A stretch of 64,000 bases of DNA from Eledone cirrhosa (taxonomy: Eukaryota). Both the position numbers and the translations under genes were made by a program. Shown piece by piece: positions 12,326-24,451 of this stretch; within the stretch, counting starts at the first letter, position 1, and the number at the start of each line of letters is the position of its first letter. The notes below the pieces were generated by a model. That model ran no database searches, had not been told where the DNA came from, and was given only the letters and a program-made list of their open reading frames with translations. The DNA lies in the NCBI GenBank assembly GCA_964016885.1, contig CAXHJY010001396.1:34001-98000 (forward strand). The letters are read 5' to 3'.

Positions 12326-12529
12326 GTATGACCGACCAAATAACAATGCTTCGGTTCCACTTTAAAATGCTGATTTTCCACGCCGTCCGAAACTGAGACA
12401 CTGGCACTTTTGTGTAATACCGGTTCTGGATGTTTTAGCTTTACCGTCAGTTCTAACTCGGCAAGAGGAATATGTAGAATTGTTTCCACATGATTTCCTT
12501 GTCTCTCTCGAATTCGGCTGATGTCCAAT
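12325..12529 (-). CDS. Prodomain exon of M12B metalloprotease, 3' part replaced by the CRE element
   Basis: Strong acceptor (ttttgtgtcattgttttacAG); LDISRIRERQGNHVETILHIPLAELELTVKLKHPEPVLHKSASVSVSDGVENQHFKVEPKHCYLVGH resembles ADAM prodomain 'l.L....l......HC.Y.G'. No convincing donor occurs before the CRE sequence. Confidence 0.7.
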
Positions 12530-12629
12530 CTGTAAAACAATGACACAAAATAGAAAGTGAAAATGCTATTATCAATGAAATGTGGAAATATGGTTATCAT
12601 TCGGTAATCATAAGAAGGGGGGAGATATA

Positions 12630-13319
12630 AAAGATAAACTAGCTATCTTCAATTCGGTATTTGCGCCAACCTTTATCTATGGTTATGAATCTTGGGTAAT
12701 GACCGAAAGAATACGATCGCAAATACAAGCGGCCGAAATGGGGTTCCTCCAAAGGGTTTCTGAAGTAACGTTACTCGATAGAGTGCGTAGTTCGGAGATC
12801 AGATAGTTACTCCAGGTAGAGCTGCAACTTCTCCGAATTGAGAGATCACAGATCCGATACTATTAGGTTCCGCCAGACTTAAAATGCCCAAGAAACGCCA
12901 ACTCTATCAGGAGTGATGGGACCATACATATATACGTATGCTGCTGCAACTCCTCCGAATTGAGAGATCACAGATCCGATGCTACAGACATGTGATTAGA
13001 ATGCCTCAGGAAAGAATCACTGGACATATTTTACGGGCAAAACCAAGCGGCAGGAGACCCAGGGGTAGACTCCGAGCAAGATGGATCGATAACATCCATG
13101 AGCTCAGCTTGTCTCGCTTAGGGATCCAACCGGATCAATTGGAGAAGGTTACTTCTGACAAGACCCGCTGGAAGGAGTAATTGAGACTCAGCTCCCACGA
13201 CCCTCTCAGGAAGAAGAAGAAGAAGAAGAAGAAGAAGAAGAAGAAGAAGAAGAAGAAGAAGAAGAAGAAGAAGAAGAAGAAGAAGAAGAAGAAGAAGAAG
13301 AAGAAGAAGAAGAAGAAGA
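12630..13319 (+). mobile_element. RTE-clade LINE 3' fragment with (GAA)~36 tail
   Basis: KLAIFNSVFAPTFIYGYESWVMTERIRSQIQAAEMGFL...HVIRMPQER...GRRPRGRLRARW; tail at 13210-13319; possible AAGAT TSD (12631/13316). Confidence 0.85.
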
Positions 13320-13419
13320 TGGCGGTGTGGAGGCTACTATGCATAATGTTGTGAGCTTTCAAGTGTTCAATCAATTGTAATAATATCAATAGTGAAAATA
13401 CCACAAATATGGTATTCAT
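13320..13419 (-). CDS. Probable first coding exon (signal peptide) of the metalloprotease, interrupted by the RTE
   Basis: ATG at 13419: MNTIFVVFSLLILLQLIEHLKA-HNIMHSSLHTAI, a hydrophobic signal-peptide-like sequence on the same strand just upstream of the prodomain exon. Confidence 0.55.
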
Positions 13420-13974
13420 CCGATGGTTTCCTATCCTTATGTTGCCCAGTCCTTATGTTACTCGAAGCATGCTATGGTTATAATCTTTTTCAGAAAAAGC
13501 TAATTTTTTCTAGGAACTTTAAAATTCTTATTTTCAAATTGTTATTGTTAAACTTTAAATATTTGCATGGCCCAACACAAATTTTCAAATTATTAACACA
13601 ATAAATGATTAAATATGGCCAAAAATGACGGAGAAGCAAATCATTTCTAGCTTACTTATTTGGAGGCAATCATATTTGTTAATCTGACTAAATCCTTTAC
13701 ATGTTTGCCTTTATAATGATCGAGGAACTTAAGAAAATATAGAACTAGTTGATTCCTGTTGTTGTTGATGTTTTTAAATTATCCAGTTCTATGTTGTCCT
13801 GCTGTATAGGTGCATGATATGCTTTCTATGTGTATATACTGATAATGTCGCTATTGCTGTTGTTTAGCCTTAGATAGTTCCTGGCTAAGTAGACATATCA
13901 TTAAGCATTGAAGGAGTAGTGGTCTCGTCTTTTTCTGCTATGCAGTTTTATGTGTATATTATATGTTTGTATAT

Positions 13975-14135
13975 ATACGAATTGACAGAGTCACTAGAAC
14001 GTCGGATAGAATGCTTTATGGTATTCGTTCTGCCTCTCTCCTCTCTGAGTTCAAATCCTGTCGAGGTCAACTTTGCCTTTCATCCTTTCGTGGTCGATAA
14101 AAAAGTACCAGTCTAGTACTGAGGTCGATTCTGCT
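13975..14135 (+). mobile_element. Meta-domain SINE copy
   Basis: GAGTTCAAATCCTGTCGAGGTCAACTTTGCCTTTCATCCTTTCGTGGTCGATAA core. Confidence 0.75.
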
Positions 14136-14430
14136 GTACTCAGGCCTGGAAAGAGATGGGTTCCGCCAGACTTAAAATGCCCAAGAAACGCCGACGCTAT
14201 TAGGAATTAGGGACCATACATATATACGTATGCAGCTGCAGCTGTTATTGTTGTTGACTTTCGTTCCTTAGTGATATGTAGGCCTTGACCACGTAGACCC
14301 ATCATCAAATGCATTCTAGACGTGACAATCACACTTTTCCCTAAAGATAGTTCACTTGAGGCCTCATTATCAAATGTATCCTTTTTTAAGACGGATGGAT
14401 ATGATTTGAATTCACTCTGTAGCAAATATT

Positions 14431-17400
14431 CAAGCCAGGTCTCCAGTGTTTCAGGGATAACTCCCACTCTCTCTTCCTATCAAGCCAGGTCTCCAGAGTT
14501 TCAAGGATAACTCCCACCCTCTCTTCCTATCAAGCCAGGTCTCCAGTGTTTCAGGGATAACTCCCACCCTCTCTTCCTATCAAGCCAGGTCTCCAGTTTC
14601 AGGGATAACTCCCACCCTCTCTTCCTATCAAGCCAAGTCTCCAGTGTTTCAGGGATAACTCCCACCCTCTCTTCCTATCAAGCCAAGTCTCCAGTTTCAG
14701 GGATAACTCCCACCCTCTCTTCCTATCAAGCCAAGTCTCCAGAGTTTCAGGGATAACTCCCACCCTCTCTTCCTATCAAGCCAAGTCTCCAGTGTTTCAG
14801 GGATAACTCCCACCCTCTCTTCCTATCAAGCCAGGTCTCCAGTGTTTCAGGGATAACTCCCACCCTCTCTTCCTATCAAGCCAAGTCTCCAGTTTCAGGG
14901 ATAACTCCCACCCTCTCTTCCTATCAAGCCAAGTCTCCAGTGTTTCAGGGATAACTCCCACCCTCTCTTCCTATCAAGCCAAGTCTCCAGTGTTTCAGGG
15001 ATAACTCCCACCCTCTCTTCCTATCAAGCCAGGTCTCCAGTGTTTCAGGGATAACTCCAACCCTCTATTCCTATCAAGCCAGGTCTCCAGAGTTTCAGGG
15101 ATAACTCCCACCCTCTCTTCCTATCAAGCCAGGTCTCCAGTGTTTCAGGGATAACTCCCACCCTCTCTTCCTATCAAGCCAGGTCTCCAGTTTCAGGGAT
15201 AACTCCCACCCTCTCTTCCTATCAAGCCAGGTCTCCAGTTTCAGGGATAACTCCCACCCTCTCTTCCTATCAAGCCAGGTCTCCAGAGTTTCAGGGATAA
15301 CTCCCACCCTCTCTTCCTATCAAACCAGGTCTCCAGTTTCAGGGATAACTCCCACCCTCTCTTCCTATCAAACCAGGTCTCCAGTTTCAGGGATAACTCC
15401 CACCCTCTCTTCCTATCAAGCCAGGTCTCCAGAGTTTCAGGGATAACTCCCACCCTCTCTTCCTATCAAGCCAGGTCTCCAGTTTCAGGGATAACTCCCA
15501 CCCTCTCTTCCTATCAAGCCAGGTCTCCAGTTTCAGGGATAACTCCCACCCTCTCTTCCTATCAAGCCAGGTCTCCAGTGTTTCAGGGATAACTCCCACC
15601 CTCTCTTCCTATCAAGCCAGGTCTCCAGAGTTTCAGGGATAACTCCCACCCTCTCTTCCTATCAAGCCAGGTCTCCAGTTTCAGGGATAACTCCCACCCT
15701 CTCTTCCTATCAAGCCAGGTCTCCAGTGTTTCAGGGATAACTCCCACCCTCTCTTCCTATCAAGCCAGGTCTCCAGTGTTTCATGGATAACTCCCACCCT
15801 CTCTTCCTATCAAGCCAGGTCTCCAGTTTCAGGGATAACTCCCACCCTCTCTTCCTATCAAGCCAGGTCTCCAGTGTTTCAGGGATAACTCCCACCCTCT
15901 CTTCCTATCAAGCCAGGTCTCCAGTGTTTCATGGATAACTCCCACCCTCTCTTCCTATCAAGCCAGGTCTCCAGTTTCAGGGATAACTCCCACCCTCTCT
16001 TCCTATCAAGCCAAGTCTCCAGTGTTTCAGGGATAACTCCCACCCTCTCTTCCTATCAAGCCAAGTCTCCAGTGTTTCAGGGATAACTCCCACCCTCTCT
16101 TCCTATCAAGCCAGGTCTCCAGTGTTTCAGGGATAACTCCCACCCTCTCTTCCTATCAAGCCAGGTCTCCAGTTTCAAGGATAACTCTCACCCTCTCTTC
16201 CTATCAAGCCAGGTCTCCAGTGTTTCAGGGATAACTCCCACCCTCTCTTCCTATCAAGCCAGGTCTCCAGTGTTTCAGGGATAACTCCCACCCTCTCTTC
16301 CTATCAAGCCAGGTCTCCAGTTTCAGGGATAACTCCCACCCTCTCTTCCTATCAAGCCAGGTCTCCAGTTTCAGGGATAACTCCCACCCTCTCTTCCTAT
16401 CAAGCCAGGTCTCCAGAGTTTCAGGGATATCTCCCACTCTCTCTTCCTATCAAGCCAGGTCTCCAGAGTTTCAGGGATAACTCCCACCCTCTCTTCCTAT
16501 CAAGCCAGGTCTCCAGTGTTTCAGGGATAACTCCCACCCTCTCTTCCTATCAAGCCAGGTCTCCAGTTTCAGGGATAACTCCCACCCTCTCTTCCTATCA
16601 AGCCAGGTCTCCAGTGTTTCAGGGATAACTCCCACCCTCTCTTCCTATCAAGCCAGGTCTCCAGTTTCAGGGATAACTCCCACCCTCTCTTCCTATCAAG
16701 CCAGGTCTCCAGTTTCAGGGATAACTCCCACCCTCTCTTCCTATCAAGCCAGGTCTCCAGTTTCAGGGATAACTCCCACCCTCTCTTCCTATCAAGCGAG
16801 GTCTCCAGTGTTTCAGGAATAACTCCCACCCTCTCTTTCTATCAAGCCAGGTCTCCAGTGTTTCAGGGATAACTCCCACCCTCTCTTCCTATCAAACCAG
16901 GTCTCCAGTGTTTCAGGGATAACTCCCACCCTCTCTTCCTATCAAGCCAGGTCTCCAGAGTTTCAGGGATAACTCCCACCCTCTCTTTCTATCAAGCCAG
17001 GTCTCCAGTTTCAGGGATAACTCCCACCTTCTCTTCCTATCAAGCCAAGTCTCCAGTTTCAGGGATAACTCCCACCTTCTCTTCCTATCAAGCCAAGTCT
17101 CCAGTTTCAGGGATAACTCCCACCCTCTCTTCCTATCAAGCCAGGTCTCCAGTTTCAGGGATAACTCCCACCCTCTCTTCCTATCAAGCCAGGTCTCCAG
17201 AGTTTCAGGGATAACTCCCACCCTCTCTTCCTATCAAGCCAGGTCTCCAGTTTCAGGGATAACTCCCACTCTCTCTTCCTATCAAGCCAGGTCTCCAGTT
17301 TCAGGGATAACTCCCACCCTCTCTTCCTATCAAGCCAGGTCTCCAGTTTCAGGGATAACTCCCACCCTCTCTTCCTATCAAGCCAGGTCTCCAGTTTCAG

Positions 17401-20400
17401 GGATAACTCACACCCTCTCTTCCTATCAAGCCAAGTCTCCAGTGTTTCAGGGATAACTCCCACCCTCTATTCCTATCAAGCCAAGTCTCCAGTGTTTCAG
17501 GGATAACTCCCACCATCTCTTCCTATCAAGCCAGGTCTCCAGTTTCAGGGATAACTCCCACCCTCTCTTCCTATCAAGCCAGGTCTCCAGTTTCAGGGAT
17601 AACTCCCACCCTCTCTTCCTATCAAGCCAAGTCTCCAGTTTCAGGGATAACTCCCACCCTCTCTTCCTATCAAGCCAAGTCTCCAGTTTCAGGGATAACT
17701 CCCACCCTCTCTTCCTATCAAGCCAGGTCTCTAGTTTCAGGGATAACTCCCACCCTCTCTTCCTATCAAGCCAGGTCTCCAGAGTTTCAGGGATAACTCC
17801 CACCCTCTCTTCCTATCAAGCCAGGTCTCCAGTTTCAGGGATAACTCCCACTCTCTCTTCCTATCAAGCCAGGTCTCCAGTTTCAGGGATAACTCCCACC
17901 CTCTCTTCCTATCAAGCCAGGTCTCCAGTGTTTCAGGGATAACTCCCACCCTCTCTTCCTATCAAGCCAGGTCTCCAGTTTCAGGGATAACTCCCACCCT
18001 CTCTTCCTATCAAGCCAGGTCTCCAGTTTCAGGGATAACTCCCACCCTCTCTTCCTATCAAGCCAAGTCTCCAGTGTTTCAGGGATAACTCCCACCCTCT
18101 ATTCCTATCAAGCCAAGTCTCCAGTGTTTCAGGGATAACTCCCACCCTCTCTTCCTATCAAGCCAGGTCTCCAGTTTCAGGGATAACTCCCACCCTCTCT
18201 TCCTATCAAGCTAGATCTCCAGAGTTTCAGGGATAACTCCCACCCTCTCTTCCTATCAAGCCAGGTCTCCAGTGTTTCAGGGATAACTCCCACCCTCTCT
18301 TCCTATCAAGCCAGGTCTCCAGAGTTTCAGGGATAACTCCCACCCTCTCTTCCTATCAAGCCAGGTCTCCAGTTTCAGGGATAACTCCCACCCTCTCTTC
18401 CTATCAAGCCAGGTCTCCAGTGTTTCAGGGATAACTCCCACCCTCTCTTCCTATCAAGCCAGGTCTCCAGTGTTTCATGGATAACTCCCACCCTCTCTTC
18501 CTATCAAGCCAGGTCTCCAGTTTCAGGGATAACTCCCACCCTCTCTTCCTATCAAGCCAGGTCTCCAGTTTCAGGGATAACTCCCACCCTCTCTTCCTAT
18601 CAAGCCAGGTCTCCAGTGTTTCATGGATAACTCCCACCCTCTCTTCCTATCAAGCCAGGTCTCCAGTTTCAGGGATAACTCCCACCCTCTCTTCCTATCA
18701 AGCCAAGTCTCCAGTGTTTCAGGGATAACTCCCACCCTCTCTTCCTATCAAGCCAAGTCTCCAGTGTTTCAGGGATAACTCCCACCCTCTCTTCCTATCA
18801 AGCCAGGTCTCCAGTGTTTCAGGGATAACTCCCACCCTCTCTTCCTATCAAGCCAGGTCTCCAGTTTCAAGGATAACTCTCACCCTCTCTTCCTATCAAG
18901 CCAGGTCTCCAGTGTTTCAGGGATAACTCCCACCCTCTCTTCCTATCAAGCCAGGTCTCCAGTGTTTCAGGGATAACTCCCACCCTCTCTTCCTATCAAG
19001 CCAGGTCTCCAGTTTCAGGGATAACTCCCACCCTCTCTTCCTATCAAGCCAGGTCTCCAGTTTCAGGGATAACTCCCACCCTCTCTTCCTATCAAGCCAG
19101 GTCTCCAGAGTTTCAGGGATATCTCCCACTCTCTCTTCCTATCAAGCCAGGTCTCCAGAGTTTCAGGGATAACTCCCACCCTCTCTTCCTATCAAGCCAG
19201 GTCTCCAGTGTTTCAGGGATAACTCCCACCCTCTCTTCCTATCAAGCCAGGTCTCCAGTTTCAGGGATAACTCCCACCCTCTCTTCCTATCAAGCCAGGT
19301 CTCCAGTGTTTCAGGGATAACTCCCACCCTCTCTTCCTATCAAGCCAGGTCTCCAGTTTCAGGGATAACTCCCACCCTCTCTTCCTATCAAGCCAGGTCT
19401 CCAGTTTCAGGGATAACTCCCACCCTCTCTTCCTATCAAGCCAGGTCTCCAGTTTCAGGGATAACTCCCACCCTCTCTTCCTATCAAGCGAGGTCTCCAG
19501 TGTTTCAGGAATAACTCCCACCCTCTCTTCCTATCAAGCCAGGTCTCCAGTGTTTCAGGGATAACTCCCACCCTCTCTTCCTATCAAACCAGGTCTCCAG
19601 TGTTTCAGGGATAACTCCCACCCTCTCTTCCTATCAAGCCAGGTCTCCAGAGTTTCAGGGATAACTCCCACCCTCTCTTTCTATCAAGCCAGGTCTCCAG
19701 TTTCAGGGATAACTCCCACCTTCTCTTCCTATCAAGCCAAGTCTCCAGTTTCAGGGATAACTCCCACCTTCTCTTCCTATCAAGCCAAGTCTCCAGTTTC
19801 AGGGATAACTCCCACCCTCTCTTCCTATCAAGCCAGGTCTCCAGTTTCAGAGATAACTCCCACCCTCTCTTCCTATCAAGCCAGGTCTCCAGAGTTTCAG
19901 GGATAACTCCCACCCTCTCTTCCTATCAAGCCAGGTCTCCAGTTTCAGGGATAACTCCCACTCTCTCTTCCTATCAAGCCAGGTCTCCAGTTTCAGGGAT
20001 AACTCCCACCCTCTCTTCCTATCAAGCCAGGTCTCCAGTTTCAGGGATAACTCCCACCCTCTCTTCCTATCAAGCCAGGTCTCCAGTTTCAGGGATAACT
20101 CCCACCCTCTCTTCCTATCAAGCCAAGTCTCCAGTGTTTCAGGGATAACTCCCACCCTCTATTCCTATCAAGCCAAGTCTCCAGTGTTTCAGGGATAACT
20201 CCCACCCTCTCTTCCTATCAAGCCAGTCTCCAGTTTCAGGGATAACTCCCACCCTCTCTTCCTATCAAGCCAGGTCTCCAGTTTAAGGGATAACTCCCAC
20301 CCTCTCTTCCTATCAAGCCAAGTCTCCAGTTTCAGGGATAACTCCCACCCTCTCTTCCTATCAAGCCAAGTCTCCAGTTTCAGGGATAACTCCCACCCTC

Positions 20401-21683
20401 TCTTCCTATCAAGCCAGGTCTCCAGTTTCAGGGATAACTCCCACCCTCTCTTCCTATCAAGCCAGGTCTCCAGAGTTTCAGGGATAACTCCCACCCTCTC
20501 TTCCTATCAAGCCAGGTCTCCAGTTTCAGGGATAACTCCCACTCTCTCTTCCTATCAAGCCAGGTCTCCAGTTTCAGGGATAACTCCCACCCTCTCTTCC
20601 TATCAAGCCAGGTCTCCAGTGTTTCAGGGATAACTCCCACCCTCTCTTCCTATCAAGCCAGGTCTCCAGTTTCAGGGATAACTCCCACCCTCTCTTCCTA
20701 TCAAGCCAGGTCTCCAGTTTCAGGGATAACTCCCACCCTCTCTTCCTATCAAGCCAAGTCTCCAGTGTTTCAGGGATAACTCCCACCCTCTATTCCTATC
20801 AAGCCAAGTCTCCAGTGTTTCAGGGATAACTCCCACCCTCTCTTCCTATCAAGCCAGGTCTCCAGTTTCAGGGATAACTCCCACCCTCTCTTCCTATCAA
20901 GCTAGATCTCCAGAGTTTCAGGGATTAATCCCACCCTCTCTTCCTATCAAGCCAAGTCTCCAGTTTCAGGGATAACTCCCACCCTCTCTTCCTATCAAGC
21001 CAAGTCTCCAGTTTCAGGGATAACTCCCACCCTCTCTTCCTATCAAGCCAGGTCTCCAGTTTCAGGGATAACTCCCACCCTCTCTTCCTATCAAGCCAAG
21101 TCTCCAGTTTCAGGGATAACTCCCACCCTCTCTTCCTATCAAGCCAGGTCTCCAGTTTCAGGGATAACTCCCACCCTCTCTTCCTATCAAGCCAGGTCTC
21201 CAGTTTCAGGGATAACTCCCACCCTCTCTTCCTATCAAGCCAGGTCTCCAGTGTTTCAGGGATAACTCCCACCCTCTCTTCCTATCAAGCCAGGTCTCCA
21301 GTGTTTCAGGGATAACTCCCATCCTCTCTTCCTATCAAACCAGGTCTCCAGTGTTTCAGGGATAACTCCCACCCTCTCTTCCTATCAAGCCAGGTCTCCA
21401 GTGTTTCAGGGATAACTCCCACCCTCTCTTCCTATCAAGCCAGGTCTCCAGTTTCAGGGATAACTCCCACCCTCTCTTCCTATCAAGCCAGGTCTCCAGT
21501 GTTTCAGGGATAACTCCCACTCTCTCTTCCTATCAAACCAGGTCTCCAGTGTTTCAGGGATAACTCCCACTCTCTCTTCCTATCAAGCCAGGTCTCCAGT
21601 TTCAGGGATAACTCCCACCCTCTCTTCCTATCAAGCCAGGTCTCCAGTGTTTCAGGGATAACTCCCACTCTCTCTTCCTATCA
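14431..21683. repeat. Tandem satellite, 48/50-bp monomers (~148 copies), ~2692-bp higher-order repeat
   Basis: Monomer CAAGCCAGGTCTCCAG(TG/AG)TTTCAGGGATAACTCCCACCCTCTCTTCCTAT; diagnostic variants recur at +2692/+2691. Confidence 0.97.
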
Positions 21684-22189
21684 GACCTGGAGGCCCTGAA
21701 AAGTGTCATGGACTCAGCACTTCTTCCCATTATAACTGAACAGCCAAAAACTGTATATATTCAATAGCAGTGCTCCAGCATGACCTCAAGCCGTCGACAG
21801 GAATAGGTAGGAGATAAAAGATGCATATAAAGAGATAATAGTGAAAAGATTAAAACCACTCACGGGTGATGGACGTCATCGATTATTTCCGATATTTTAG
21901 TCATATGAAGTCTATCAAAAGTCTACAGAAACAAAGGTGTGAGTGTGTGTGTGAGGGAGAGAGAATGTGCGTGTGTCTCCTCTTGTGTGAGAATGTGTTT
22001 TGTTTGTGTGAGTGTGTGTGTGTATGCAGCATATATGAGAAAATGACAAAGAGTTAGTGTGTCTGTCTGTGTGTCTGTATGTGTCTGTGTGTGTGTCCCT
22101 GTGTGTCTGTGTGTGTGTCTGTGTGTCTGTGTGTATGTGTGTGTCTGTGTGTGTTCTTTGCGTCAGTGTAGTTGTTGTTGTTGTTATCA

Positions 22190-23597
22190 AGTCTCCAGTG
22201 ACCATTTGAATAAAGGTCTTCAAATCGTAACAGACCAAAGACTCCGATTTAGAGCACTCATCAGTTTCCTGGAGTAATGAGATTATAGATTGGTTCAATA
22301 ACATAAAATTTAAACATAACAAAAAATTCATTCAAATGGATATTGCAAACTACTACTCCTCTATTACTCCTAGTTTACTTAATAAGGCTCTTATCTATGC
22401 ATCTAAACATACAGATTTATCTAGTGAAGAAATGCATATCATTTTAACCGCACGGAAAACTTTAATTGAATTCAACTATCATTTCTGGACAAGAGCCGAT
22501 AGGAAAAATAATTTTGACATCACCATGGGATCATCTGACTCGGCGCAAATAACGGATCTTGTGGGGTTATTTATTGCATAGAAAAATACCAGAGATGACC
22601 GGTGGTTTATATCGTGATGATATGCTGCTTTTAATTGAAAATCATAGTAATTGTGAAATTAATAGGAAAAGAAAATCCATAATACAATTCTTCAATAACT
22701 ACAACCTTAAGTTAGAAATAGAGAATAACTATAAAATCGTTAACTTTTTAGCTGTAACATTAAACTTTAGCACAGGGCTCTACTATCCATTCCATAAAAT
22801 TAATGAGAATCTAAATTATGTAAGTTTTAACTCTAATCATCCTAGATCTATCAAGAACACTATTGTCAATTGTGTCCAACAACGGATTTCACGCATCTCC
22901 GCTAATAAAAACATTTTTGATGAGAAGGCTGAATATTATAATGAAGCTTTAAATAGAGCAGGGTATATAAATAAGATTAAATACATTGACAACAATAATA
23001 GGGCAAATCACCCTACTATTAATTGTAATAATAATAAACAATTTAACTTAAACTCTAAAACTAACAGAAGAACTAGAAATATTATTTGGTATTCACCCCC
23101 ATTCTCATTAAGCGTTAAAACACCTTTAGCAAAGCTATTCTTTAAAGCACTAGATAAATGTTTTCCTAAAGCTCACAGATACCACTCAATCTTTAACAAA
23201 CATACTATAAAACTATCCTACTCTACTACTATGAACATAGCACAAAATATAAATAGAATTAATAATAGAAACTTAAATTTAAACCCTAACCAAAATAACC
23301 AAAATAGCAATAATAATATTTCTAGCAATATCCAACCTAATAGTACCGTTCCGAGCAACAATAACTCCGCAAAATGTAACTGTAAAATTAAATCAAACTG
23401 TCCTTTACAAAATAAGTGTTTAGATAAAAACGTGGTCTACAAATGCACAGTTAAAACTAGTGGAATTATATTTAACTATGTCGGTGCCACTTCTACAGAA
23501 TTTAAACTTCGCTGGAATAACCACAATTTTTCTTTCCGAAGATTTGATAAAAAAATCTTCAACTTCTCTTTGAAACTTGATATGGCACTTAAAATGC
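22190..23597 (+). mobile_element. Penelope-like element RT + GIY-YIG fragment (Nematis-like; clade tentative)
   Basis: FIQMDIANYYSSI, FDITMGSSDSAQITDLVG, GLYRDD, NIIWYSPPFS, KCNC..CPLQNKCLDKNVVY..YVGATSTEFKLRWNNH; frameshifted; ends at (TA)n. Confidence 0.85.
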
Positions 23598-23599
23598 AA

Positions 23600-23637
<38 letters not shown>

Positions 23638-23639
<2 letters not shown>

Positions 23640-24448
23640 CACCACCTGTTTTACCCCATTTTAATTTTATTTTGATCATGCTTTTATTTTTAATTTCATT
23701 CGCACCGTTTCCTCCCACCCCCTTTTCGCTATATGTCTCTCCACCACTCCCCTACACACCCTTTGAACTCTCTTCCCACACCTACACCCCACCCTACACA
23801 CACCTCTTCCTGAACATGCAACCCCGTTCTTCCCCCAACCCTTGCTTTCACATACACACACACACGTACACCTACACACACACACACACCACCTTCAGCC
23901 CTCCCCGCTCAGACACCCCGTCTCCCTCTCCCCACTCCACCCGCCACCACCCCTACACGCCCCACACCCTTCTACCACTTGTTTTACCCCATTTTAATTT
24001 TATTTTGATCATGCTTTTATTTTTAATTTCATTCGCACCGTTTCCTCCCACCCCCTTTTCGCTATATGTCTCTCCACCACTCCCCTATACACCCTTTGAA
24101 CTCTCTTCCCACACCTACACCCCACCCCACACACACCTCTTCCTGAACATGCAACCCCGTTCTTCCCCCAACCCTTGCTTTCACATACACACACACACGT
24201 ACACCTACACACACACACACACCACCTTCAGCCCTCCCCGCTCAGACACCCCGTCTCCCTCTCCCCACTCCACCCGCCACCACCCCTACACGCCCCACAC
24301 CCTTCCACCACTTGTTTTACCCCATTTTAATTTTATTTTGATCATGCTTTTATTTTTAATTTCATTCGCACCGTTTCCTCCCACCCCCTTTTCGCTATAT
24401 GTCTCTCCACCACTCCCCTACACACCCTTTGAACTCTCTTCCCACACA
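23638..24448 (+). repeat. 333-bp tandem repeat (~2.4 units), part of the Neptune PLE pseudo-LTR
   Basis: TTTTACCCCATTTTAATTTTATTTTGATCATG recurs at ~23649, 23982 and 24315. Confidence 0.9.
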
Positions 24449-24451
24449 CTT

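Noticed and set aside
9262-12330. GTATG direct repeat as CRE TSD, and 9-bp inverted CCCACGTGC near both ends
   Set aside because: Too short; excising at GTATG gives an immediate stop and joins the exon to Tigger-like DNA rather than restoring the prodomain.
12250-12330. HDV-like ribozyme at the CRE 5' end
   Set aside because: Only a simple hairpin is evident; P1/P2 pseudoknot pairings could not be assigned.
9355-12331. Long plus-strand ORFs over the CRE element, and antisense ORFs over the Neptune/Tx1 elements
   Set aside because: These are antisense shadows of GC-rich retroelement coding sequence with no recognisable motifs.
14431-21683. CRISPR array, or a repetitive protein from the many 'LETWLDRKRGWELSLK' ORFs
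   Set aside because: There are no unique spacers and no cas genes, and the context is eukaryotic; the ORFs are frame-shifting by-products of 48/50-bp monomers.
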